A stretch of 63,283 bases of DNA, the filler included, from Octopus bimaculoides (lineage: Eukaryota), in assembly GCF_001194135.2 (NCBI RefSeq). It is 6 parts of 5 records of this genome, joined end to end, with 100 filler letters (N's around TTAATTAATTAA, not from the genome) between each part and the next. Parts side by side here need not be neighbours in the genome. Positions count along the whole stretch, not along the records: positions 9,872 to 38,592 come from NC_068989.1; positions 38,693 to 43,566 come from NC_069006.1; 4 more parts are not named here. The stretch is one strand, 5' to 3'. The position numbers and the translations under genes were made by a program. The notes beneath the pieces are model-generated. The model was given only the letters and a program-made list of their open reading frames with translations, did no database searches and was not told where the DNA came from. Positions 26,941 through 40,499 of the stretch are shown here, one piece after another (the stretch's first letter is position 1; each line of letters begins with the position of its first letter).

Positions 26941-27759
26941 CTATTAGAAAAATCACAGCTTATTTTACTGGGTATGATGGAAAGTGTCAGATGTCCGTAG
27001 CCAGTAGACTAAGATGACACTTGTTTACTGGTCACGCTTCAAGAACCCTGCAAAGAAATTCTTACAATTCCAAGCAATGCTGGTTTTTGTAGGTGTTCTA
27101 CTTTCACACTTGCACCAATCTTTTTCAGCCATGTTGGTAGTTGAGTGCTGATACTTCCAAGTGCACCAATTACTATTGGTATCATGTCTTCTCTCTTCAT
27201 TGACCACAACCTTCGTATTTCCCATTTTAAATCGTCATAGTTATGTATTCTTCTTCTTTCACATTGATCCTGTTGTCACTGGAGCATGCTATGCCGATAA
27301 TCATACAATACATGTTCTTTCTTTTTTTATTCACCACAACAATGTCCGGTCTCCTATGTCCGGTCAGCTGATGGCACTGGATCATTACATCCCACAGAAT
27401 TTTGCAGTTTTCATTTTCAGTGACTCCTTCTTGGACTTGGTCATACAGCATCTTTGCTCTTTATAGACCTTGATTTCCACAGAGCTCCCAATGGAGCATT
27501 CTTGCCACATTGTCATGGCGTCTTTTGTATTCACATTGCGCCAATTTCGGGCATTCGCTAACGATGTGTCATACTGTTTCACCCCTCTCACCACACATTC
27601 TGCGACAACACTATCGGTAGTGTTATCAATTCTGCACTTCATATAGTTGGTCCTTAACGCTTGTTCTTGAGCTGCGCATATGAGTGCTTCCGTTTCTATC
27701 TTTAGGTCACTCCTCCTCATCCATAGCCGCCAGCCCTCTGCATCTGTCTTGGCGTTCAC
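26941..27759 (-). mobile_element. 5'-truncated R4/Dong-clade (RLE-type) non-LTR retrotransposon, frameshifted
   Basis: LKIETEALICAAQEQAL, remnant CCHC knuckle, ILWDVMIQC..HRRPDIVVV (restriction-like endonuclease PD motif), then about 100 bp of 3' UTR. (TAA)n on both sides. Confidence 0.85.
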
Positions 27760-27804
<45 letters not shown>

Positions 27805-27805
<1 letters not shown>

Positions 27806-28275
27806 GAGTGAGAGAGCAGTGAATGGCATCAAAGTGACACTGGGGTAAAATATACGAAACCCATTTTACCCATCACGACTACCCGTCTGATAAGGGTACA
27901 CTAGGTACATGCATCATAACTATATGTGCGCGACATAGCGATCTCATATCAAGATAAACAGTGCATGACCTCGCAGGTGGGGCCCAGTTAGAATTTTCTT
28001 CAGGTTGAGTAGCCTATCCTACTAAAAAGGTTCCTGAATAAGGTTTGTTGTAAGGATGATGAACAAAACACCCATGTTTCCAGAGGTGAATTATTCAAGC
28101 CCCAAAGAATTCCTCTCAACACATGGCTATGATGCTCCCCATTACTTCTACTCGTGATCAGGGATGTACATATCGTCAGTCCTTAAAGGACATGCTCAAC
28201 TGGTTAAAGTCAAACAACTGACAAGCAAATCTGTGGTATTAAGCAGAATATTTGCTGTAGCCCATCTTTTATACC
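27805..28275 (-). mobile_element. Family D repeat, second copy, embedded in (TAA)n
   Basis: Matches 18272-18761 with the same 3' end (CTCTCTCxCTCAATAATAAT) and a slightly shorter 5' end. Confidence 0.8.
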
Positions 28276-28279
28276 ATTA

Positions 28280-28347
<68 letters not shown>

Positions 28348-29372
28348 ACATAGATGTGCTAAAAGTAAGATGGTGATAATGCTGGTGATGATAGCGATGC
28401 AGGCAGAGATGATAGTGATAATGTTGAACACGAAATGATTTTGATAGTGATGATGATGATGATGGTGGTGGTGGTGGAGATGGGGATATGGAAGTGGTAG
28501 TGATAAAAATGACGGGGTGAATTAAATCCACCACTTAGGTTCTCCCCCATCCCACGAAATATCCCACATTTTACTGTCACTATAACTACACGTCACTCAA
28601 TTCAAATTTTAAATCCCCCAAAACGCACTTCAGGGTGTGTGTATGTGTTGTAATATGTATGCGCGTGTACGTATGTGTGTGTGTTTTTTTTATATGTGTG
28701 TGCTTATGTGCGTGTGTATATGTGTTTGTATGTATGTGTGTGTATGTATGTGTGTGTAAGTATTCATTTGTCTATATGTGTCTGTGCAGATGTATGTGTA
28801 TATGTATGTATGTATGTATGTATGCATGTATGTATGCATGTATGTATGTATGTATGCATGTATTTGTGGGTATATGTGAGTGTATATATAAATGAGTGTG
28901 TGCGTGTGTGTGTGTTAGTGTATGTATATAAATATGTATGTATATATGCATTTGTACGTATGCATATATTTATAGATGTCTATGTATGCATGTGTATGTA
29001 TGTCTATGTGTCTATGTGCGTGTGTACACATACATGTATATATGTATGTTATCTTTTATACAAATTTGGATATCTCCCAGCAGGAAGGCTTTAGTTTTTA
29101 ACAAAGAAACGCAGCACCATCCTAAAATTGAGAAAGCAGAAAACAATGAAAAGTTATAGCCTGAATTTTATTAAAGTCTTGCATATGCGTATTGTTTCGC
29201 TTACAAATTGTATTCGTAAAGTGCGCGTTAGTTCGTTACTTTCTTAACCGACAATCATTTCACTCCCTAATTCTCGCTCCCTCTCTTTCTCTCTCTATTT
29301 GCATACATACATAGAACCATACCTACATATTTACACACACTCACACACATATATACAAATATCACACACGTA

Positions 29373-29405
<33 letters not shown>

Positions 29406-29808
29406 NNNNNNNNNNNNNNNNNNNNNNNNNNNNNNNNNNNNNNNNNNNNNNNNNNNNNNNNNNNNNNNNNNNNNNNNNNNNNNNNNNNNNNNNNNNNNNN
29501 NNNNNNNNNNNNNNNNNNNNNNNNNNNNNNNNNNNNNNNNNNNNNNNNNNNNNNNNNNNNNNNNNNNNNNNNNNNNNNNNNNNNNNNNNNNNNNNNNNNN
29601 NNNNNNNNNNNNNNNNNNNNNNNNNNNNNNNNNNNNNNNNNNNNNNNNNNNNNNNNNNNNNNNNNNNNNNNNNNNNNNNNNNNNNNNNNNNNNNNNNNNN
29701 NNNNNNNNNNNNNNNNNNNNNNNNNNNNNNNNNNNNNNNNNNNNNNNNNNNNNNNNNCATATATGTATATATGTATATATATATATATGTATATATATAT
29801 ATGTGTAA

Positions 29809-29847
<39 letters not shown>

Positions 29848-29956
29848 GGTGTGTGTATATATATATGGGAGAATATACAAATAATAACAACAGACGAGGA
29901 CAGGTGGTGTAAATAACAAAAGGATATATTAGTATGACGCTCGGGAATACGGAAAG

Positions 29957-29993
29957 TCTTTGACGTTTCGAGCTACGCTCTTCAACAGAAAGA
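29957..29993 (-). ncRNA. Degenerate hammerhead motif (core A6 to U)
   Basis: TCTTT-CTGTTGA-A-GAGC-GTA-GCTC-GAAACGTC-AAAGA with perfect stems. Confidence 0.5.
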
Positions 29994-30217
29994 ATACGGA
30001 GACAAGGAGAAAAACACGGAGAAAAAAAATTGAATAGTGTTCAGTCAACGGTCAATCATAATAATGGGTATATATATGTATATATTCGCATACATATTAC
30101 GACCAGTAAATCCTTCCAGTTCCCGTTTCAAAAGCAATTACTTATTCTAAGATTTTATAGAAACATGCGGTCACCATTAACTTAACGATAAATGTACGGC
30201 TTCATCGACTATCTCTG

Positions 30218-30231
30218 GTTGCCATGGCAAC
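30218..30231. promoter_or_regulatory. Perfect palindromic RFX X-box GTTGCCATGGCAAC
   Basis: Exact consensus in unique-looking, CpG-retaining DNA. The target gene was not identified. Confidence 0.55.
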
Positions 30232-31401
30232 GAAACCTTGCAAGCCTTTTGACCCTACTTCTGTGAGACTTCAAAGTATTTTGGCGACGAGATGGAGAAA
30301 TAAGTAAGATAGATTGACTGTTTTTTAAGGATCTGGAAGGGGATCTCGGAATGGTAAATTAACTCCCATCCTTTATTGCTGAATGTTTGTCTTTTAATAT
30401 AACATGACATAACAGTATGTAAGGAGACAGGCCCCTACCGACGAGACGAAACCTTATCTCCAGACGAACAGACGAGAACAACGAAAAGTTCCATCAAACC
30501 GTCACCCACCTTCTCCAATCACCACCACCACCACCAACAACAACAACACCAAGACCACCAGCACCACCACCACCACCACCACAACCACAGCCACCAATAC
30601 CACAACTACCACCGCCACCAGTATCATCAGCAGCAGTACCATTACCNNNNNNNNNNNNNNNNNNNNNNNNNNNNNNNNNNNNNNNNNNNNNNNNNNNNNN
30701 NNNNNNNNNNNNNNNNNNNNNNNNNNNNNNNNNNNNNNNNNNNNNNNNNNNNNNNNNNNNNNNNNNNNNNNNNNNNNNNNNNNNNNNNNNNNNNNNNNNN
30801 NNNNNNNNNNNNNNNNNNNNNNNNNNNNNNNNNNNNNNNNNNNNNNNNNNNNNNNNNNNNNNNNNNNNNNNNNNNNNNNNNNNNNNNNNNNNNNNNNNNN
30901 NNNNNNNNNNNNNNNNNNNNNNNNNNNNNNNNNNNNNNNNNNNNNNNNNNNNNNNNNNNNNNNNNNNNNNNNNNNNNNNNNNNNNNNNNNNNNNNNNNNN
31001 NNNNNNNNNNNNNNNNNNNNNNNNNNNNNNNNNNNNNNNNNNNNNNNNNNNNNNNNNNNNNNNNNNNNNNNNNNNNNNNNNNNNNNNNNNNNNNNNNNNN
31101 NNNNNNNNNNNNNNNNNNNNNNNNNNNNNNNNNNNNNNNNNNNNNNNNNNNNNNNNNNNNNNNNNNNNNNNNNNNNNNACCACCACCACCACCAAAACCC
31201 CCTACCATCACCACCATTAACATCACCATCATCGCCATATACCCCCATCGTCCTGACCACCCTTCCGACCGTCCTATCTTCCCAACAAGATGTCAGCACA
31301 GCCTCGGGTGGAGAAGCAGCTGTAATGTTAAGTGATGACAGACTACATATCCCATAATACACACCCTAACTTAACTTTTTTCCTCCTACCCTACCTCTTT
31401 T

Positions 31402-31437
<36 letters not shown>

Positions 31438-31528
31438 TCCTTCTACTTTAGAATGAGATTAACGATGTTCTGTTTATCATTTTAGTATTTCAATTTCTCC
31501 CTTTATTCTCTCTCCTTTTCTCTCTTTC

Positions 31529-31586
<58 letters not shown>

Positions 31587-33105
31587 GTCATGTTTTACTG
31601 ACAGCCTCAGTGAGTGAGTGTGTGCGTTTATGCATTGTGTGTATATATGTATCTATGTGCATATACATTGGCATATACATACATATATACATACATAATA
31701 CATACAAACATACATACATGATACATGCATACATACATACATGCATACATACATGCATACATACATACATACATACATACATACATACATGCATGCATAC
31801 ATACATACATACATACATACATACATACATACATACATGCAAACAACATTCATGCAAAATATATACATAATGCATACAGACATACAGACATACATCCATG
31901 CATATATAAATACATACATGCAAACATGCAAACAAGCAAACAAACATACATAATATATACATTCATGCATGCATACATACATACATACATACATACATAA
32001 TTTTCGAATTTGATTTGCAAGTCTTTTGGTATGAATTCACGTGTTGAAACAAATTTTGTTGTCTTGGGAGAATCATTACGCCAATAATAATAATAACACA
32101 CGCACAGGTTCAATTTCACTTCTTTATTATCACTAGGTAGTCAATTGGTTAAGTGAATTGGTTAAGAAGTCAATTGGTTACAATACTATCGGTTAATAGT
32201 AAGATCTTCCTGAAAAAAAGTGGAGATAACAAAAATCGTTAAATTAAGCCCGAACACCCTGTCGACATTCACTCAGTTGGGTTTTCTCCATTAAGATAAT
32301 TTGACAAGTCTTGTGAGATATTTTGTTTGTCAAGCAACTTATAAAGAACTTTTCCCTTTGATACATGAAACCCTGTAAAATCATTGCCAACATTTTTACC
32401 TGATGAATGGTGAATTCTTTTTTTTATTTTTTGGAACCGTGAAACACGAAGAATAGCGTGTAAATACTGTGTCAAAAAACTCTTCGGATAGAAAGGATTG
32501 AAGGTCACTCACAGGACTCAACCACAAACCTCCAATAAACATGACAGGCTTACTACCATTGTACCAAAGCAATTCTTCGAATTACTCTGTCCTTTTTAGA
32601 AACCTTATTCTTACCAGCGAGGATTGTATTTTGATGGCATCATAAGAATTTATAAACTTAGAGAAGACGTGAAATATTTCTTTATTGGATCGATGAATCT
32701 CGAAGCAGATGAAGCTAGGGGTTGCTATGATTCGGTTGCTATTTCTAGCGAGTCGAATGACCACATGAAGGATGCTTCGGTGAATCTTTGGACGTTTAGT
32801 TGGTATATGAAGAAGTTTTGAGCGATTGTGACTGTGAGAAACTTCCTGACCAGATTATCCAAAAACGGAGGACAATCGGGGAAACACAATACAAAATAAA
32901 ATTCTTGTCTAATCTTACTGAAATATTTCGAATCAGAAAATGCCAAAGAATTCTCTGTTGCCCTTTTGGGGTCCAGACAAAACTACTCTAGAACAACATC
33001 CCCTTTGGGCTATGTCAATGAGAGGAAGATCGCAGAAGAGTTTGAGAATGGCGTAGGGCGCAGCACCAGGTTGCAGTAAAATGAGTGTTTGACTTGTTAA
33101 AATGT

Positions 33106-33591
33106 AGGCGCAGGAGTGGCTGTGTGGTAAGTAACTTGCTTACGAACCACATGGTTCTGGGTTAATTCCCACTGCGTGGCACCTTGGGCAAGTGTCTTTT
33201 ACTATAGTCTCGGGCCGACCAAAGCCTTGTGAGTGGNNNNNNNNNNTGTCTTTTACTATAGTCTCGGGCCGACCAAAGCCTTGTGAGTGGATTTGGTAGA
33301 CGGAAAGCTGAAAGAAGCCCGTCGTATGTATGTATATATATATATATGTATGTGTGTGTGTATATGTTTGTGTGTCTGGGTTTGCCTCCCCTCCCCAACA
33401 TTGCTTGACAACCGATGCTGCTGAGTTTACGTCCACGTAACTTAGCGGTTCGGCAACAAGTTACCGATAGAATAAGTACTAGGCTTTCCAAAGAATAAGT
33501 CCTGGGGTCGATTTGCTCGACTAAAGGCGGTGCTCCAGCATGGCCACAGTCAAATGACTGAAACAAGTAAGAGAGTAAAAGAGTAAAAGAG
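33106..33591 (+). mobile_element. SINE family A, full length
   Basis: Collinear with 49390-49826. A short internal duplication across the 33237-33246 gap is probably an assembly artefact. Confidence 0.88.
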
Positions 33592-34841
33592 TTAAATGAA
33601 CCCCAACACTTAATTTGGTTTACAATATTGTGTTTGTTTTCATTTTTCAAACGTAGAATATGATGTTCCCTTTACTATGTTTTGTTTTGTCATTAGGGTA
33701 ATTAGAGAATTAATATTTTACATCTCAGAAAAGTGTTCATAAACTACAAATGATAAAATAAACATTATGATATAAAAATAGCTTGATTTCCCCCCCTTTA
33801 TTTTTGTTCTAGGCGTTTTGTGCTCGGAGGCATATTCATGGCGGTTTTTTTGTTTTTTCCTTCTAAGAGGTTTTGTCCTAGGTGGGTTTTGTCCTACACT
33901 CAGCCCTATTACTGCAGAAAACAGTTTTATTCATCAATAAAATATCTTTTGTAAAGGAATATCGTGTTTGAAACCATTTCTCTTTGAGATATGTCAAGTG
34001 TATTGAGGCAACATGATTTGTAGAAAATACCAATTCTATTCTATTCTTCCTTCCTTCCTTCCTTCCTTCCTTTCTTTCTTTCTTCCGTTCTTTCTTTCTT
34101 TTTTTTTTTTGGTTAATATTTAACATTACTAATGGAATAACCATGAAATATAATTTCGCAGTGGAAGTGTTGAANNNNNNNNNNNNNNNNNNNNNNNNNN
34201 NNNNNNNNNNNNNNNNNNNNNNNNNNNNNNNNNNNNNNNNNNNNNNNNNNNNNNNNNNNNNNNNNNNNNNNNNNNNNNNNNNNNNNNNNNNNNNNNNNNN
34301 NNNNNNNNNNNNNNNNNNNNNNNNNNNNNNNNNNNNNNNNNNNNNNNNNNNNNNNNNNNNNNNNNNNNNNNNNNNNNNNNNNNNNNNNNNNNNNNNNNNN
34401 NNNNNNNNNNNNNNNNNNNNNNNNNNNNNNNNNNNNNNNNNNNNNNNNNNNNNNNNNNNNNNNNNNNNNNNNNNNNNNNNNNNNNNNNNNNNNNNNNNNN
34501 NNNNNNNNNNNNNNNNNNNNNNNNNNNNNNNNNNNNNNNNNNNNNNNNNNNNNNNNNNNNNNNNNNNNNNNNNNNNNNNNNNNNNNNNNNNNNNNNNNNN
34601 NNNNNNNNNNNNNNNNNNNNNNNNNNNNNNNNNNNNNNNNNNNNNNNNNNNNNNNNNNNNNNNNNNNNNNNNNNNNNNNNNNNNNNNNNNNNNNNNNNNN
34701 NNNNNNNNNNNNNNNNNNNNNNNNNNNNNNNNNNNNNNNNNNNNNNNNNNNNNNNNNNNNNNNNNNNNNNNNNNNNNNNNNNNNNNNNNNNNNNNNNNNN
34801 NNNNNNNNNNNNNNNNNNNNNNNNNNNNNNNNNNNNNNNNN

Positions 34842-34888
<47 letters not shown>

Positions 34889-35537
34889 CATACATGCATA
34901 AGCACACACATACACACATATGCGTGTGTTTGTGTATACACAGACACATTTTCCCGCTTACTTTATGCTATGCGTACATAAATGTATACATTATACACAC
35001 ACACAAATATACATACAATATATACAAATACAAATATACAAATACATGTATACACAAAGAGACGCGCATACACCCATACGTACATACATAAATACATTTA
35101 CACATAAACATGCATACATACATACATACATACATACATACATACATACGTACATACGTACGTACGTACGTACAGACAGACAGACACATGTAAGTATTAA
35201 TATAAGTAATGTGACTTGGTATGATTACAGTTCTGGAAGGATAGCCAATATTTAAGCAAAATCTGAAACATGAAGAATTGCTGACCAGTGCCATCTACAG
35301 AGAATAACAGACTTTTGAACAATAGTCAGACATTTGCAGAGAATAGGGGCGAAGGCATCAAATAAAAACTGATTGATATTGTGGTGTTAGGGGGGGGCGG
35401 ATTTGATAATAGAGACATACGCATGCATGTAGTGTAGGCACGCACACACACTCATTTCTGAAGTTCTATGATATATGTCGAGCTAGACGTAGTTAGCTGC
35501 AGTAATATATACGCGCGTACATGTTGTTGTTGTTGTT

Positions 35538-35915
35538 GGTGCTCCGTTGCTTACGACGACGAGGGTTCCAGTTGATCCGATCAACGGAACAGCCTGCTCG
35601 TGAAATTAACGTGCAAGTGGCTGAGCACTCCACAGACACGTGTACCCTTAACGTAGTTCTCGGGGGATATTCAGCGTGACACAGTGTGACAAGGCTGACC
35701 CTTTGAATCACAGGCACAACAGAAACAGGAAGTAAGAGTAAGAGAAAGTTGTGGTGAAAGAGTTCAGCAGGGTTCGCCACCATCCCCTGCCGGAGCCTCG
35801 TGGAGCTTTTAAGTGTTTTCGCTCAATAAACACTCACAACACCCCGTCTGGGAATCGAAACCGCGATCCTATGACCGCGAGTCCGCTGCCCTAACCACTG
35901 GGCCATTGCGCCTCC
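35538..35915 (-). mobile_element. SINE family C variant, full length
   Basis: tRNA-like head GCAATGGCCCAGTGGTTAGG...GGTTTCGATTCCC plus the family C 3' body. Confidence 0.8.
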
Positions 35916-36486
35916 ACACGCGCGTACATGACACACACACACACACACATATAAGCATACATGCATGTTCGTCTGAGTGATGTCCTGTGTGGTGATTTTA
36001 TTCAGAGCGAAGAAGTGTTGCGCAGTATCTGCCACCCTCTCTCTCGCCCGTAACCATCTTCAGTTCCGTTACAAAACCAGGTCAAGACGATTAGGAATTG
36101 GGTCAGATGCACTCGATGACTGAGGTGTCTTATTTGTCTCGTCTTACTCTCTGCACTCAATGATATGCGTTGCTGCAGTCGCTTTCTCCTCAGTTGTACC
36201 AGAAAGATTTCTTCTGCTGGGCTCGCCAGATCCAGGCTTCACATTCACAGGTAGACAAGCCCTAATATGCTAATTAATCCATTGCTGGAACCCTGACAGG
36301 TGTAACTGCTCCGAGTTAGAGGGAAGACATTGGGACAATGCTGGTCCCACAGTCATGTGGCCACTGCTGGTTCCACAGTCATCGAAATCCTGGAACTCCC
36401 TAAGCAGGGTTCCACAAATAGATGCAGTTTAAAGTCATACCTGACACACACACACACACACACACACATACATATATATATATGTA

Positions 36487-36549
<63 letters not shown>

Positions 36550-37438
36550 NNNNNNNNNNNNNNNNNNNNNNNNNNNNNNNNNNNNNNNNNNNNNNNNNNN
36601 NNNNNNNNNNNNNNNNNNNNNNNNNNNNNNNNNNNNNNNNNNNNNNNNNNNNNNNNNNNNNNNNNNNNNNNNNNNNNNNNNNNNNNNNNNNNNNNNNNNN
36701 NNNNNNNNNNNNNNNNNNNNNNNNNNNNNNNNNNNNNNNNNNNNNNNNNNNNNNNNNNNNNNNNNNNNNNNNNNNNNNNNNNNNNNNNNNNNNNNNNNNN
36801 NNNNNNNNNNNNNNNNNNNNNNNNNNNNNNNNNNNNNNNNNNNNNNNNNNNNNNNNNNNNNNNNNNNNNNNNNNNNNNNNNNNNNNNNNNNNNNNNNNNN
36901 NNNNNNNNNNNNNNNNNNNNNNNNNNNNNNNNNNNNNNNNNNNNNNNNNNNNNNNNNNNNNNNNNNNNNNNNNNNNNNNNNNNNNNNNNNNNNNNNNNNN
37001 NNNNNNNNNNNNNNNNNNNNNNNNNNNNNNNNNNNNNNNNNNNNNNNNNNNNNNNNNNNNNNNNNNNNNNNNNNNNNNNNNNNNNNNNNNNNNNNNNNNN
37101 NNNNNNNNNNNNNNNNNNNNNNNNNNNNNNNNNNNNNNNNNNNNNNNNNNNNNNNNNNNNNNNNNNNNNNNNNNNNNNNNNNNNNNNNNNNNNNNNNNNN
37201 NNNNNNNNNNNNNNNNNNNNNNNNNNNNNNNNNNNNNNNNNNNNNNNNNNNNNNNNNNNNNNNNNNNNNNNNNNNNNNNNNNNNNNNNNNNNNNNNNNNN
37301 NNNNNNNNNNNNNNNNNNNNNNNNNNNNNNNNNNNNNNNNNNNNNNNNNNNNNNNNNNNNNNNNNNNNNNNNNNNNNNNNNNNNNNNNNNNNNNNNNNNN
37401 NNNNNNNNNNNNNNNNNNNNNNNNNNNNNNNNNNNNNN

Positions 37439-37618
37439 GCTTGACAACCGATGCTGGTGTGTTTATGTCCCCGTAACTTAGCGGTTCGGCAAAAGAGACC
37501 GATAGAATAAGTACTAGGCTTCCAAAGAATAAGTCCTGGGGTCGATTTGCTCGACTAAAGGCGGTGCTCCAGCATGGCCACAGTCAAAAGACTGAAACAA
37601 GTAAAAGAGTAAAAGAGT
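37439..37618 (+). mobile_element. SINE family A, 3' half
   Basis: 3' domain match directly after an N gap. Confidence 0.85.
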
Positions 37619-37888
37619 ATATATATATATATGTGTGTGTTTGTGTGTGTGTGTGTGTGTGCGTGTGTATGTATAAATGGAACAGAAACGCAATAGAGTA
37701 TAATAAAACGTTCAGACAGATTGACGATACGAAGGCGGACCAGAGAAACAACAATTAGAAGGACAAGAAAAAAAGACGGGTCATTCGTGGCTTTCTTTTC
37801 TCAATCAAGTCCTAGAAGTCACGACCATACCAATTCCCATCCCCACATTTTCACACCTTCACACCTACATACACACATNNNNNNNNNN

Positions 37889-38010
37889 ACAAGGCTTCGG
37901 TCGGCCCGAGGCTATAGTTGAAGACACTTGCCCAAGGTACAACGCAATGGAACTGAACCCAGAACAATGTGATTGGTAAGCAAGCTACTTACCACACAAC
38001 CACTCCTGCG
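37889..38010 (-). mobile_element. SINE family A, 5' head
   Basis: Reverse complement of the head through GGGCCGACCGAAGCC. Confidence 0.75.
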
Positions 38011-38012
38011 CC

Positions 38013-38053
<41 letters not shown>

Positions 38054-38514
38054 ACCTATATATTTAAAGGTACATATATATGCACGCTTACATCAACATA
38101 TGTATATGTATGTATGTATGCATATATATATATATATGTGTGTGTCTGTGTTTGTGTGTGTGTGTGTGTGTGTATGTTTGTAAAGTATGTATATTTTACA
38201 TGCTAAGATACTCCAGCTCATTACAATATGATACAGTGTGTATTTGAATTATTGTCCCACTAGCGTTTCATATATCCATATTGATATATGAGTCTAGAAC
38301 ATGAGAGAAACTCACCACCACACACACGCACATTGGAAAACATATATTACACAGACACAATTATACAGAATACACACACAAACACAAACAAACACACATT
38401 CTTGTATGTGTGTTTATATACTTATATATATATATATATATGCACAAGGACGTTCGTATGCCATAGCGTCAACGAAAGTTTGAGTAATATACATATACAT
38501 ATACATACATACAT

Positions 38515-38578
<64 letters not shown>

Positions 38579-38907
38579 GAGTGGCTGTGTGGNNNNNNNN
38601 NNNNNNNNNNNNNNNNNNNNNNNNNNNNNNNNNNNNTTAATTAATTAANNNNNNNNNNNNNNNNNNNNNNNNNNNNNNNNNNNNNNNNNNNNTCCTGCGT
38701 CTATATATATATTGGCCGGTTAATTGCTTAGAGTTGGTCCCTCTAAATTGAGCATATATTATTATATTAATAATATTTAATTACAGTTATCATATATATA
38801 TATATATATATATATATGATAACTGTAATTAAATATTATTAATATAATAATATATGCTCAATTTAGAGGGACCAACTCTAAGCAATTAACCGGCCAATAT
38901 ATATATA

Positions 38908-39021
38908 GACGCAGGAGTGGCTGTGTGGTAAGTAGCTTGCTTACCAACCACATGGTTCCCGGTTCAGTCCCACTGCGTGGCACCTTGGGCAAGTGTCTTC
39001 TACTATAGCCTCGGGCCGACC
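38908..39021 (+). mobile_element. SINE family A, 5' head
   Basis: Close match to the head of the 49390 copy. Confidence 0.85.
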
Positions 39022-39497
39022 ATACTATATACTATATGTTATTTACTATTTATTATTTAATTGAACGCCACGCATTCATTTCCCAGTAAGTTTATATATA
39101 TATATAGGCGTCGACTTATTGACGTGCACAATATTTTAATCATTTAGAAATATTTTTAATTGAATGTGATTTTCAAAAATGTAAGTTGTTTGTACAGTAA
39201 GTATTTATTTTTTTAGCTTTCTTTAAACAGACAATATTTTAAAGTTTGTTGAGATTATTTTCAAGTCGTTAATTTCCGAAAAGTTTTTTTTATCTATTTA
39301 CTTTTGTTTTAAAGCGAAAGAGAGGAGAAAGTGAAAGATGTATGTACGTTGTGTGTGTGAAAGAGAGAGAGGGGGAGAAGTAAAGAGAGAGAGAGAGAGA
39401 AAGTCAGTGAGTGAGTGAAGGGTGTTTTGTCATGTATACGTACATACATCAATACATATGCGTACAGCTTTTTTTGTATGTACGTGTGCATGTGTGT

Positions 39498-39536
<39 letters not shown>

Positions 39537-39628
39537 TGAACGTGTGTGTCCTCATGTATGTGTAAGTGGCACATACACTCTCTCTCTCTCTCTCTCTTAC
39601 ACACACACGCGCACACACNNNNNNNNNN

Positions 39629-40090
39629 TCTTTCACTTTCTACCCTCTTTCACTTTAAAAATAAAAGTAAGAGGTGATTTAAAAATTTTTTACGGAAATT
39701 AATGAACAAAACCAGCTGATCTGGATGACAGTTCTGAGTGTCAAAGCGAAAGATCGCCCCAAGGGAATAAATACCATTACAAATTTTTTTCGAGTCCATC
39801 CAACGTATCTCAGCTCCAAAATTTGACTGCTATTTTTTGCACGCTCTGCTACCACGTAACAGATATTTGCGATAAAGGACGCGAGATACCTGTTACGTGG
39901 CAGCAAGGCGTGCAAGAAACAGCAGCCAAATCTGTCCTTTTCCGAGAAAAGGAGCCGTTTACGCGTGATTTCAATGACACATTTGTTGAAGGCATGCGAA
40001 ATAACCTGGAACCCCCCCCCCCATGAAACCAAACGTCGTTTGGGAAATTCAGACTTTCCAGGTGACCCAACGGGTCACCGGTAGTCTAGT
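39629..40090 (+). mobile_element. Non-autonomous Helitron, 3' end
   Basis: Perfect hairpin GGTGACCC-AAC-GGGTCACC (40061-40079) followed by CTAG-T. The 5' boundary is uncertain because of a gap. Confidence 0.6.
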
Positions 40091-40098
40091 CTAGTCTA

Positions 40099-40150
<52 letters not shown>

Positions 40151-40499
40151 ACGAATATAGCCAGTGATATCCGTGGAGGTAGAGTACGAGAATCCAGTGG
40201 TAATCTGGATGGAGTGCTGGTTATGTAGATGAGGAGAGGTACTGAAAGTTCGGGAAGTAGTTAAGATGCAAATCCAAGAGAGTAGTTCAGTCAAACAGGA
40301 TCAAACTGGGGTAACCACGTGAGCGTATATTATGTAGTTCACATTTACAGAAAATAAAAGACGTAGACAGGTGTAGGAACAACAAGCAAGTGTATTAGTT
40401 TAACGCTCGGGAATATAGAAAAGTTTTACGTTTCGACTCTACAGAAAGGATTAAGAGGGGAAAAATGGAGAGAGAATAAAATAAAAATCGGAGAGAGAA

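Noticed and set aside
32690-33060. Acidic open frames resembling a piggyBac N-terminus or an exon
   Set aside because: Broken by stops and frameshifts, with no diagnostic motif, TTAA-TIR or consistent splice sites.
33187-33275. Internal tandem duplication in a family A SINE
   Set aside because: Identical sequence on both sides of a 10-N gap, consistent with an unmerged contig overlap.
38693-38916. Perfect palindrome of about 220 bp centred on (AT)n
   Set aside because: 100% identical arms start at a gap and mirror part of the adjacent SINE head, which is typical of a fold-back read or assembly artefact.
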